Below, piece after piece: positions 18,425 through 26,367 of a stretch of DNA of 54,011 nucleotides; the stretch's first letter is position 1, and every line of letters begins with the position of its first letter. The stretch covers positions 1-54,011 of IMG/VR virus record IMGVR_UViG_3300045966_000076; one strand, given 5' to 3'. The notes beneath the pieces are model-generated. The model did no database searches. It worked only from the letters and a program-made list of their open reading frames with translations, and was not told where the DNA came from. This stretch comes from a virus (lineage: Duplodnaviria > Caudoviricetes). Made by a program: the position numbers and the translations under genes.

Positions 18425-19308
18425 CGCGCGCCCTCCGTGTGCTCGACGCGGCGGCAGGCCTCGTCGTAGACGTCGCGGGTCAAGTCGCGCGTGTGCTCGA
18501 TGCCGTACGTCTTCTTCAGCCAGTCGCGCAGCTGCTCCTTCGACCAGCCGGCGCCCATCGCGATCGCGAAGATGCGCTTGTCCTGCTGCTCGGAGATCTT
18601 CGCCGGGGCCGCCCCGGTCTTCCGCTCGGGCGTCGCGATCGGCGTCGCGACGGGCGCGGTCGTCGAGCTGCCGACCGGCTTCGGCTCGCGCGGCGGATCG
18701 TTCCTGGCCTGATCCATTTCCTCGAACGTGTGCAGGTCGCCGAGCTGCTGCGGGAAGGCCTTGCGCAGCGCGAGCGCCTCGGCGCACTTGGCGAGCTGGC
18801 CGTGCGGCATCTTGAGCCACATGAAGTTGTTCTTCTCGTCGGGCAAGTACTCCGCCCAGCGCGCGGTCGCCGTGAACGGGCACTTCCAGCCCTTCACTTC
18901 GCGATAGACCGTGACGGTCGCCGCGAAGTCCGGCGTGTTCTCGCCGGTGAAGACCGCGTCGTCGGTGCCCATGTGTTCACGCGACTCGGCCGCACGCGAG
19001 CGGAAGAAGTCGATCGACGTGACGGGCGTGTACTTGCCGCCGCGCTTCGTGAAGTGGATCAGCTTGTCGAGCGGGTGCACCCCGCGTCGCTTGCAGTCGT
19101 AGAAGAAGAGTCGCAGCTCGACGTCGGTCGCGTCGGGCGCGATCGTCGCCTTGATGAGGTCGACCTGCTCGGCCGTGATGACGACCTCGGGCAACTGGTC
19201 GGGCATCGGGGCAATCGCGGTCGGCTGCGCGTTCTGGCGCAGCGTGGCGGCGACGTCTTCGTCGCTCATGTGGCCGCCGCCGGGCTTCGTGATGGTGCGT
19301 TCGGTCAT
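18421..19308 (-). CDS. bet: Bet/RecT-family ssDNA annealing protein
   Basis: ATDVELRLF..C...HPL..IHF, SIDFFR, W.KMP..QLAKCAEALALRKAFP. Confidence 0.9.
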   Translation of the reverse strand: MTERTITKPGGGHMSDEDVAATLRQNAQPTAIAPMPDQLPEVVITAEQVDLIKATIAPDATDVELRLFFYDCKRRGVHPLDKLIHFTKRGGKYTPVTSIDFFRSRAAESREHMGTDDAVFTGENTPDFAATVTVYREVKGWKCPFTATARWAEYLPDEKNNFMWLKMPHGQLAKCAEALALRKAFPQQLGDLHTFEEMDQARNDPPREPKPVGSSTTAPVATPIATPERKTGAAPAKISEQQDKRIFAIAMGAGWSKEQLRDWLKKTYGIEHTRDLTRDVYDEACRRVEHTEGAR

Positions 19309-19529
19309 CGGGATCCTTTCAGCGCGACCGTCGCCGGGCCGCTCGCGCGTTCGAGCAGTGTCATCACGAGCGGGACACCGCTGAAGGGCACGGCCGGCTG
19401 CAAGAGCCAGACGTTGCCGCGTGCGTCGACGTAGTCCCAGCCGCGCCGGTCGCCGCGGCGGGTGATGGTGTTCGCTTCTCGATGGGTGACCTCGGCCGCA
19501 GGTGGCCGATCGGCGATGTGCAGGGGCAT
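19305..19529 (-). CDS. Hypothetical protein
   Basis: RBS AAGGAGG. Confidence 0.55.
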   Translation of the reverse strand: MPLHIADRPPAAEVTHREANTITRRGDRRGWDYVDARGNVWLLQPAVPFSGVPLVMTLLERASGPATVALKGSR

Positions 19530-19544
19530 GACGGACCTCCTTGG

Positions 19545-19608
19545 AAAAAACGAAGGCGGGGGACGCGGCCGCGTAGAAGACAATCGCGGGCGCCGCGCGG
19601 CCCCCGCC
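19545..19608 (-). terminator. Intrinsic terminator-like hairpin
   Basis: GGCGGGGG...CCCCCGCC followed by TTCGTTTTTT. Confidence 0.6.
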
Positions 19609-19612
19609 GCTT

Positions 19613-19762
19613 TCAGCTGAGTAACGTGACGAGCAGGATGACGACGAGCGGGCCGAGCAGCAGCACGGCCCATGTGATCTTCGTCGCGCGCGACGCGACC
19701 GGGATCGGCCGCGACAGATAGTCTTCGAGTTCGGGCGTCCAGAGCAGTCGGGGAGTTTTCAT
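19613..19762 (-). CDS. Small membrane protein
   Basis: ATGA-coupled; C-terminal TM. Confidence 0.55.
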   Translation of the reverse strand: MKTPRLLWTPELEDYLSRPIPVASRATKITWAVLLLGPLVVILLVTLLS

Positions 19763-19884
19763 CGCGTCACCGCCTTGTCGAGCCAGCGCAGGAAGCGACG
19801 ACCGGCGCGCGTGCCCTCCAGCACGAACCCGCCGAGCGTCCACAGCGTGAAGACGATCAGGAAGATGCCGACCGATTCGATCAT
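19759..19884 (-). CDS. Small membrane protein
   Basis: ATGA-coupled; TM helix. Confidence 0.55.
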   Translation of the reverse strand: MIESVGIFLIVFTLWTLGGFVLEGTRAGRRFLRWLDKAVTR

Positions 19885-20108
19885 CGCAGGCCTCCGATCG
19901 CGGCGAGGTCCTCGCGGAACTCGGCCGCGGCGATTCCGGTGAGCTGCCAAATCTTCGACGCGAGCGTGACCGACGGCTGGCGGGTGCCCGAGAGAATCAT
20001 CGAGAGATGAGCCGGGGAGATGTCGAGCGCGGCAGCGAGCCAGTTCTGATCCTGCTTCGCGACGTCGTCGAGCCACGTGCGCAGACGGACGTGTCCGTTC
20101 GTTTTCAC
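19881..20108 (-). CDS. XRE-family HTH regulator (Cro-like)
   Basis: QNWLAAALDISPAHLSMILSGTRQPS. Confidence 0.9.
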   Translation of the reverse strand: MKTNGHVRLRTWLDDVAKQDQNWLAAALDISPAHLSMILSGTRQPSVTLASKIWQLTGIAAAEFREDLAAIGGLR

Positions 20109-20117
20109 AGTGAGCGA

Positions 20118-20147
20118 ACTTTACAAAAACGAAAGACGCCCCGGCAA
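20118..20147 (-). promoter_or_regulatory. Promoter for (near-)leaderless XRE transcript
   Basis: TTGCCG-18 bp-TAAAGT, 9 nt before GTG; no RBS. Confidence 0.6.
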
Positions 20148-20195
20148 GCCCTTTCTGCAGGCCCCACGGCAAAAGTTCCGCCGGGCCGTGCCGTG

Positions 20196-20209
20196 GTTCC
20201 ACGTGGAAC
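20196..20209. promoter_or_regulatory. parS: parS-type palindrome
   Basis: Perfect 14-bp palindrome GTTCCACGTGGAAC in intergenic DNA, matching bacterial chromosomal parS core. Confidence 0.75.
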
Positions 20210-20355
20210 GGCGCCGCGACGGGCGCCGCGACGTCCGGCGGGGGTCCGTCGGGCGGGTGACCTACACGGGCCCGATGGTCGGGACACACGCGCGCGATTG
20301 CAGGCAAACCCGCGAGAATCCCGCAGGAACGACGATCGCGCAGGGGGTCCGTGGG

Positions 20356-21162
20356 TCAGCTCGTCGAGGGCCCCGGCCGGCGCCTGGCGGGGACGCCGGC
20401 GTCCCGCGGGGGGTCGCCTCGAGGCGCGGCCGCGCCTGGCGCCTCGAGCTGGGCCTGGTCGGGCCGAGCTGGGCCTGGTCGGGTCTGGGTCCACGGCGGC
20501 CGGAGCAGGACCCGCTCGTACCACGCGTCTTCGTCCTTGACGAACGTGCGAAAGGCCGCGAGCGCGCGCTCGAACCCGCGCACGGTCCCGCCCCGATCGG
20601 GGTGCGCGGCCAGCATCGCCGCGCGCAGCGCGGTCCAGCGCGCGAGCGCGAACTGGTCGTGCGCCTCGATCGAGACGCACGCCTCGCCGAGCTGACGCCA
20701 GCGGGGTCGTGGCAGCGGGACCGGCCGCGTCGGACGTGTCGGCACGAGCGCGACGCGGACGGCCTCAGCCAGCCGGCGCTGTGTGCGGTACTCCCGCTGC
20801 CGCACGCGCGAGCACGCGCGACAGACGCGCTGCCGGCCGGTCTGGATCGTGTTCGTCTCGTCGAATGGATGGCCCCGCGTGCAGGTCTCCTTCGTGCGGC
20901 GGCGGTCGGCACTCGCGCGGCCGGCGGCGGCGATCGACGCGCGCATCTTGTCCGTCATCCCGCTCGGCCCGTAGCGGGCGCGTCGCGTCTCGGCCGCCTG
21001 TCGACTGCCCTCCGATCGCGTCGCGTGTCGGAGTCGCGACCAGATCTGATAGCAGCGCAGACAGTGCAGGACCCACTTGCCGATCCGGCGGTGAAAGTAC
21101 CGGCGGCCGTGCTCGACGTAGAGATGCCCGCGTCGGCATCGCTTCGCGCGCTGCCAGCTCAC
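20356..21162 (-). CDS. Double zinc-finger protein with J-domain-like HPD C-terminus
   Basis: CRRGH..CLRC and CTRGH..CRAC; AAHPDRGG. Confidence 0.65.
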   Translation of the reverse strand: MSWQRAKRCRRGHLYVEHGRRYFHRRIGKWVLHCLRCYQIWSRLRHATRSEGSRQAAETRRARYGPSGMTDKMRASIAAAGRASADRRRTKETCTRGHPFDETNTIQTGRQRVCRACSRVRQREYRTQRRLAEAVRVALVPTRPTRPVPLPRPRWRQLGEACVSIEAHDQFALARWTALRAAMLAAHPDRGGTVRGFERALAAFRTFVKDEDAWYERVLLRPPWTQTRPGPARPDQAQLEAPGAAAPRGDPPRDAGVPARRRPGPSTS

Positions 21163-21383
21163 CGGCCTCGGCGGGCCTTCCGGCCGACGTCGATGTACGC
21201 GCCGGTCGCTTCGCGCATCACGGCTTCGTCGAGCGCGTAGTAGGTGACCTTCTGGTGCGCGTCGGCGCCGGGCGCGACGAACCAGTGCCGCTCGCGCCGC
21301 CATCCGCGACGCACGAGCCAGCGCGCCAGCGACTCGTAGGTCTGCTGGAGCGTCATCATCGGCAGGTGGTTCGTCTCGCTCAT
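21159..21383 (-). CDS. Hypothetical protein
   Basis: Coupled at both ends. Confidence 0.55.
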   Translation of the reverse strand: MSETNHLPMMTLQQTYESLARWLVRRGWRRERHWFVAPGADAHQKVTYYALDEAVMREATGAYIDVGRKARRGR

Positions 21384-23017
21384 CGCTTGCGCTTGCGCTT
21401 CGTCTCGCGCTGCACGAGCTCGGCCGCGGCGACCTCGCCGCCTTTGGTCTCGATGTCGACGACAGCCGAGCGCGTCGTCGTCGCGCGCTTCGGTTTCATC
21501 GTGAAGGTGACGACGCCGATCGCCCCCGCGAGCGGCCCGCTGCCCTTCGCCGTGCCCGTCCACTCGGCGGGCGCGAAGACCTCGACCTGCTCCTTCAGCT
21601 TCGCGACGGCGCCTTCGAGCAGCTCGACCTGGCCGCCGACCATCTGCACGTCGGCGAGGATCCTGCCGCTCGCCTGCGTCTGCACTTCCTTCAGCGCGCG
21701 CACTTCGTTCGCCACGTTCTGCAGTTCGTTCGTCACCCAGTCGAGTCGCTGCAGGATCGGGTACGGGTCGAGCGGCGGCGGCGGGGGCGGCGGCGGGGGC
21801 GGCGGCGGGCCCTCGGGCGCGATCGGCGGAACCCAGAGATTCGTGTCGGTCTCGCGTCCTTCCTGCGGTCGCGGGCCCCAGCTGACGCGCGCGGGCCCGC
21901 TCTTGCCCGCCGCATCGGGGCCGCCGGCGTCGCCGAAGCAATCGACGAAGACGCCGCCGGTGTGGACGATCGCATCGTGCGAGACGCGGTGCCCGTCGTA
22001 CCGCGTGCCGCCGGCCTGCCCCGGATCCTTGTGCAGCAGCCGCCAGCCTTTATCTGCTGATTCCCACAGCACGCGATTGAGGATCGCGACGAGCTGGTCG
22101 CTGGTCGGGTTGTCGACGTGCGGCTCGCCGTGTTGCGGCAGGTTCCGGCGCAGCGCGTCGATGGCGGGTTCGAGCGATTCAGGCATAACAGGCATCTCCG
22201 GATCTGGATCGGGTGGCGGTGGCGGTGGCGGTGGCGGCGGCGGCGGGTCGTCTTCCAGCGGCAGCGTCGCGAGGTCGGCGACGGTCAGCCAGAGCAGGTG
22301 CGCGGAGTCGCGGCGGGCGGCTTGCTTCCAGTACGCGATCGCGAGGTCGTCGCCGACACGGTTGAAGCGCACGAACCACGTGAACTGGCCGGGCTCGATG
22401 ATGTATCGCTTGCCGCGGTGCAGGATGAGCACGCCGCCCTCGTGGCCCTGGCCGACGACGATGTCGCCGATGGTCGTGTACTCGTGAATCAGCCGGCCGA
22501 AGTCGTCGCGCGTGTACGTGTAGGCGTGAATCTGCGGCACGCCGTCGGGGCCGATGTGACGGATGCCGCCGGCCGCGACGTCCTTGCCCTCGATGAGCGG
22601 CGCCGCCAGGCCGTCGCCGATGACGGCGTCCCAGCCCCGGATCCAGTAGACGCGGCCATCGGGCCCGAAGGCCGACGCGAAGGCGCCGGCGTGCGTCGAC
22701 GCCATCAGGTGCCAGTCGCGGTCGCCGCGCGGCCGGCGCGTCCGGTCGTAGACGATCACCTGATCGCCGCCCTGTTCGTGGCCGCAGATGCGATGCGATC
22801 CAGGCACCGGATCGAGCCGGGCGGTGATGATGCCGCCGCGCCGGATCTTCGTCACGCCGTCGCGGTCGAGTACCTCAAAGTCGAGGGGCGCGACGTCGCC
22901 GGCCCGGTTCTCGAAGACGCCGGTCTGGATCGGATCCCACGGGCCGGTAGTGCAGATCCACCGGCCATCGGGCATCGCCTCGGCGTAGGTCCCGCCCTCG
23001 ATGTCATGCGTTCTCAT
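21380..23017 (-). CDS. Multidomain protein with polyproline linkers
   Basis: Beta-rich N-domain, two poly-Pro runs, coiled coil. Confidence 0.8.
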   Translation of the reverse strand: MRTHDIEGGTYAEAMPDGRWICTTGPWDPIQTGVFENRAGDVAPLDFEVLDRDGVTKIRRGGIITARLDPVPGSHRICGHEQGGDQVIVYDRTRRPRGDRDWHLMASTHAGAFASAFGPDGRVYWIRGWDAVIGDGLAAPLIEGKDVAAGGIRHIGPDGVPQIHAYTYTRDDFGRLIHEYTTIGDIVVGQGHEGGVLILHRGKRYIIEPGQFTWFVRFNRVGDDLAIAYWKQAARRDSAHLLWLTVADLATLPLEDDPPPPPPPPPPPPDPDPEMPVMPESLEPAIDALRRNLPQHGEPHVDNPTSDQLVAILNRVLWESADKGWRLLHKDPGQAGGTRYDGHRVSHDAIVHTGGVFVDCFGDAGGPDAAGKSGPARVSWGPRPQEGRETDTNLWVPPIAPEGPPPPPPPPPPPPLDPYPILQRLDWVTNELQNVANEVRALKEVQTQASGRILADVQMVGGQVELLEGAVAKLKEQVEVFAPAEWTGTAKGSGPLAGAIGVVTFTMKPKRATTTRSAVVDIETKGGEVAAAELVQRETKRKRKR

Positions 23018-23040
23018 GTCGTCGGTCCCCTGTGCGCGCA

Positions 23041-23161
23041 GCCGCGCGACGCTGCCGGATTCCCGCCAGCCAGCCCGTTCGTGACCCGGCCAAGGCTCCC
23101 GGTGCCGAGCACACCCCAGCGAGCTGCTGTCATGCGCGGGCCGTCACATGCGTCGCGCGGC
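23041..23161 (-). ncRNA. Candidate structured RNA
   Basis: 12-bp closing inverted repeat plus nested stems in intergenic gap. Confidence 0.35.
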
Positions 23162-23169
23162 ATCTCAAA

Positions 23170-23814
23170 TCACGCCGCCGGCGGCGTCGGCGGCAGCTCC
23201 TTCGTGGGCGTGTTGACGGCGTCGGACATGGTGCCGACGTTCGGGTGCGCCGAGATCGCGCCGCGCTCTTCGAGGCGTTCGAGCTTCGCGACGCTGGTGA
23301 CCTGGCTGCGCTGCCACCACGTGACGCCGGCCATCACGAGCCCGATGACGCCGTAGATCATGTTCTCCGTGACGTCGATGCCCTGCGTCTGGAGCCACGG
23401 CACGACGAGCGAGACGATCAATGCGATGACCCCGCCCCCGGCGACGGCGCCGGTGACGACCGGGTTTTCTTTCATCCTCTGCGGCAGCATGAGTGTTCCC
23501 CTTCGATGGTTGACGTACGTGATCCAGATGACGACCAGCCCGACGACAAGATACGCCCAGCCCTCCGGAGTCGTCCACGTCCGGGGCACCGTCGGCGGCA
23601 ACCAGAAGTGCGGCACGACGATCGCCCAGAAGGATGCGAAGAGCGGGGTGAAATGTTTGTAGCGCGCGATCGCCAGCCACATGCGCGAGCTGATCGTGGC
23701 GACGACGATCGTCGGCCGCCGCCCCCGCCGGCCCTGCGCGAGCGCGATCGCCTCGAGAATCGCCGCGACGCCGACGATCACCCAGAGCACCCAGAAGTCC
23801 GTGAGCCAGGCCAT
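23170..23814 (-). CDS. Multi-TM holin-like protein
   Basis: About 5 TM helices; C-terminal half ends WWQRSQVT like holins; lysis context. Confidence 0.7.
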   Translation of the reverse strand: MAWLTDFWVLWVIVGVAAILEAIALAQGRRGRRPTIVVATISSRMWLAIARYKHFTPLFASFWAIVVPHFWLPPTVPRTWTTPEGWAYLVVGLVVIWITYVNHRRGTLMLPQRMKENPVVTGAVAGGGVIALIVSLVVPWLQTQGIDVTENMIYGVIGLVMAGVTWWQRSQVTSVAKLERLEERGAISAHPNVGTMSDAVNTPTKELPPTPPAA

Positions 23815-24050
23815 CAGGGATCCTCACGCCGCGCGGTCGGGGGCGGCCGCCGTTGAATCAACGCGTCGACATGTTCCTGCGGCGTCCGGTCGACGATCGG
23901 CCACGCGGCGCCGCAGTCGACACAGACAAAATGCAGCACGCCGACGGCGGCCGCCGGCGAGTGACCGCCGATCGGGCGTCGTTCGCGCACCACGCGCGGA
24001 TGCCGGCAGGCGGTCCAGAACCAGCGACGCAGCCATCGGCCCAGTCTCAC
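23814..24050 (-). CDS. Small Zn-ribbon protein
   Basis: CRH...CVDCG; coupled at both ends. Confidence 0.55.
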   Translation of the reverse strand: MRLGRWLRRWFWTACRHPRVVRERRPIGGHSPAAAVGVLHFVCVDCGAAWPIVDRTPQEHVDALIQRRPPPTARREDP

Positions 24051-24229
24051 GTGAGGCCCAGTCGATTGAGCACGATGAGCCCGACATAGAGCAGGAAGAG
24101 CGCGGCCGCGCAGACCGCGATCGCCCAGCAGATCGACTTGATGGTCTGCGGCACCGCCGTCCGCTCGACGAGGAATGAGAGCCCAACCAGACCGATCACG
24201 ATGAGCAGGAAGTAGAGAAAGACGGGCAT
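24047..24229 (-). CDS. Two-TM membrane protein (holin-like)
   Basis: 60 aa, two TMs, directly after endolysin. Confidence 0.7.
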   Translation of the reverse strand: MPVFLYFLLIVIGLVGLSFLVERTAVPQTIKSICWAIAVCAAALFLLYVGLIVLNRLGLT

Positions 24230-24771
24230 CAGGGCCTCCTTGTGTCGGTGACGAGTGACTCACGCGCGCGCAGTACCTTGCCGGCGTAATTGATGCCGGC
24301 GTCGCTGTCGATGCCGCCCCAGCCGGCGTTCCACGCCGCGAGCGCGACGACGTCGACGCCCTCGGCTTTGACGAACAGCGCGTGCAGGTGCGCACAGCCG
24401 GTCGCGAGATTGGCCTCGATGCGCGTGAGTTCGTCGAGGTACGGGTGCCGGTAGCCGCGCTCGCGCGCGACAGCGCCCATGATCTGCATCAGCCCCCAGC
24501 TCGTGCGCTGGCCCTGCCACTCGGCATCGCGATGGCCGGCGATGGTCGGGAAGTCCTCGGGCGCGGCCGCGCGGGCGAGTTCCTCGGCCGTGCACCGACG
24601 GAAGGGCGCGCGCGTCTGCACGTTGTACAGCCAGCGATAGCCTGGCTCCGGCTTGAAGGCGTACGGGTGTCCGCCCGACTCGACGACGATGAGCGCCTCG
24701 ACGAGCAGCGCGTCGAGGCCGAACCGCGCCGACTGGATCTCGATGTCGCGCGCGTAGGTCGTGCGGCTCAT
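24229..24771 (-). CDS. Endolysin, SLT lytic transglycosylase
   Basis: ALIVVES, SWGLMQIM, ALAAWNAG. Confidence 0.9.
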   Translation of the reverse strand: MSRTTYARDIEIQSARFGLDALLVEALIVVESGGHPYAFKPEPGYRWLYNVQTRAPFRRCTAEELARAAAPEDFPTIAGHRDAEWQGQRTSWGLMQIMGAVARERGYRHPYLDELTRIEANLATGCAHLHALFVKAEGVDVVALAAWNAGWGGIDSDAGINYAGKVLRARESLVTDTRRP

Positions 24772-25154
24772 GGGCGCACCTGATACACGACGGCGATCAC
24801 GAAGCCCCGATCGTCGAGCATCGCCGGCGACAGTTGAATCACGACGTCGAACTCGCGGCCGTCTTTCCGCTGGCCGACCAGCCTCATGTTCGGCAGGCCC
24901 ATCGTCCGCAGTCGCGGATGCTCGCGATAGCCCCGTCGATGCTCGCGGTGCGCCGCCCGCAAGTGCGGCGGCAGCAGGATGTCGACGGGTTGCCCGATCA
25001 ATTCCTCGGCCGTGTAGCCGAAGAGTGCGAGCAGCGGCGGCGACGCCGCGACGATGTTGCCCGTCGTCATGTCTTCGACGAGGATCGGCGTCGACGCCCA
25101 TAGCGCCTCGAAGAGCTGCGGTTTGTAGAGGAAGGCTTCGAGATGGGTGAACAT
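24768..25154 (-). CDS. Stand-alone PAS domain protein (FixL heme-PAS-like)
   Basis: GNIVAAS..LFGYTAEELIGQPVDILLP..RAAH..MG...GQRKDGREFDVVIQLS. Confidence 0.9.
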   Translation of the reverse strand: MFTHLEAFLYKPQLFEALWASTPILVEDMTTGNIVAASPPLLALFGYTAEELIGQPVDILLPPHLRAAHREHRRGYREHPRLRTMGLPNMRLVGQRKDGREFDVVIQLSPAMLDDRGFVIAVVYQVRP

Positions 25155-25156
25155 CG

Positions 25157-25597
25157 CTATCCTCGCGCGTCGCGCTCACGGTCGCGCTGGTCCCGGTCGG
25201 CCTCGCGCTGATCACGAACCCGATCGCGGTCCCGGTCCCGGTCGCGATAATCCCGCAGCTCCTGAATCATTTGCCGCGTGAGCTGCATGTCCTTGTTGAC
25301 GGCCTCGGCCAGATGCTGCATCTGGATCTCGTGCTGCCGAAGGATCCGTTCGATCGACGCGGCGAAGTCCGTGCGCTGCTGCGCGATCGCGCCCAGCATG
25401 TCGGCCCGTTGGACCTTGAGGGCCTCGGCCATTTCGGCTTCGTGGGATGCGACCATCTCGCGTCGGCTCTTCTCCTGCGCGGGCAGGTGCACGAGCAGCA
25501 GCCAGGCGAGTACACAGCCGAGCAGGCCCGCGCCGACCCAGCCAGCGCCGCCGGAGATCGGATCACTCTGCGCGACGACGAAGACCATCATCATCAT
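25157..25597 (-). CDS. Single-TM coiled-coil protein (holin-like), RD-rich tail
   Basis: TM AGLLGCVLAWLLL, coiled coil, RDRDRDRD. Confidence 0.7.
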   Translation of the reverse strand: MMMMVFVVAQSDPISGGAGWVGAGLLGCVLAWLLLVHLPAQEKSRREMVASHEAEMAEALKVQRADMLGAIAQQRTDFAASIERILRQHEIQMQHLAEAVNKDMQLTRQMIQELRDYRDRDRDRDRVRDQREADRDQRDRERDARG

Positions 25598-25902
25598 GTC
25601 CAGACCTCAAGCACCTGCCGACGCAGGCGATCGCGCGCCTCGCTCTTCTCCAGTTCTCGCTCGAACGGCGTACAGCCGCCCGCGTCGTAGCACTGCAGGC
25701 AGATCGGCGCCATGCACTGTCGACAAAACGCGCCCGGCTCTTCGCGCCACTGCTGCTGCGCGTCGACGACAAGGTACACCGTGGTGCCGGTGCCCGGCTT
25801 GACGAAGACGATCTGCTCGCAGTGCTGACAGCTGATCGTGTCGTTCTCGACGATGCGGCCGTCGGCCTGGATCAGCGTCGCGAGGCCATGCGGGCGGCGC
25901 AT
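25594..25902 (-). CDS. Zinc-finger protein
   Basis: CQHC...CRQC..ICLQC..C; TGATG coupling. Confidence 0.75.
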   Translation of the reverse strand: MRRPHGLATLIQADGRIVENDTISCQHCEQIVFVKPGTGTTVYLVVDAQQQWREEPGAFCRQCMAPICLQCYDAGGCTPFERELEKSEARDRLRRQVLEVWT

Positions 25903-26354
25903 CAGTCCTCCCAGTGCAGGAGCGCCGTGATCGCGACCGCGTCGCCCGTCGGCGTCTTGATGCCGATGCCGTTGGCGGACGTCGCCGGCGTCGTGATGAC
26001 CTTCCGCTCGTCGAGCGGCGTCCACTTGAACTGGCCCGCGCGCCGGTTCCACGGCAGCGTGAGGACGACCTTGTTCGCCGTGTACGTCGGCTCGGCGCTG
26101 TGGTTCTGGCCGGCGAGCTGCTCGCTGACCGGGTCGCCGTCGATGAGTTCGGCGGGCGTCACGGCCGTCGACGTGCCGAGCGCGGTGCACCGCTGCACGA
26201 CCCAGAGGAACGCCGCATCGGCCGGCGTCGCCTCCGAGCCGAGCACCATGTAGAAGTGCCGGATCCGACGCGGCCGCGTCGAGAAGGCGCCCACGGTGCC
26301 GAGCGACTGCGAGTTGTGCGCCGTCCGCTGATGAGTCGTTGCAAAGGCTCCCAC
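25902..26354 (-). CDS. Putative virion protein (beta-sandwich)
   Basis: Follows tail tip; RBS; beta-rich. Confidence 0.7.
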   Translation of the reverse strand: MGAFATTHQRTAHNSQSLGTVGAFSTRPRRIRHFYMVLGSEATPADAAFLWVVQRCTALGTSTAVTPAELIDGDPVSEQLAGQNHSAEPTYTANKVVLTLPWNRRAGQFKWTPLDERKVITTPATSANGIGIKTPTGDAVAITALLHWED

Positions 26355-26367
26355 GTTGTCCTCCCTA

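Noticed and set aside
20446-20485. 20-bp tandem repeat GAGCTGGGCCTGGTCGGG(C/T)C
   Set aside because: Only two copies in low-complexity GC-rich DNA; no supportable function
25154-25159. Stop readthrough fusing the TM protein to PAS
   Set aside because: The two ORFs are in different frames (2-nt gap) with no slippery site seen
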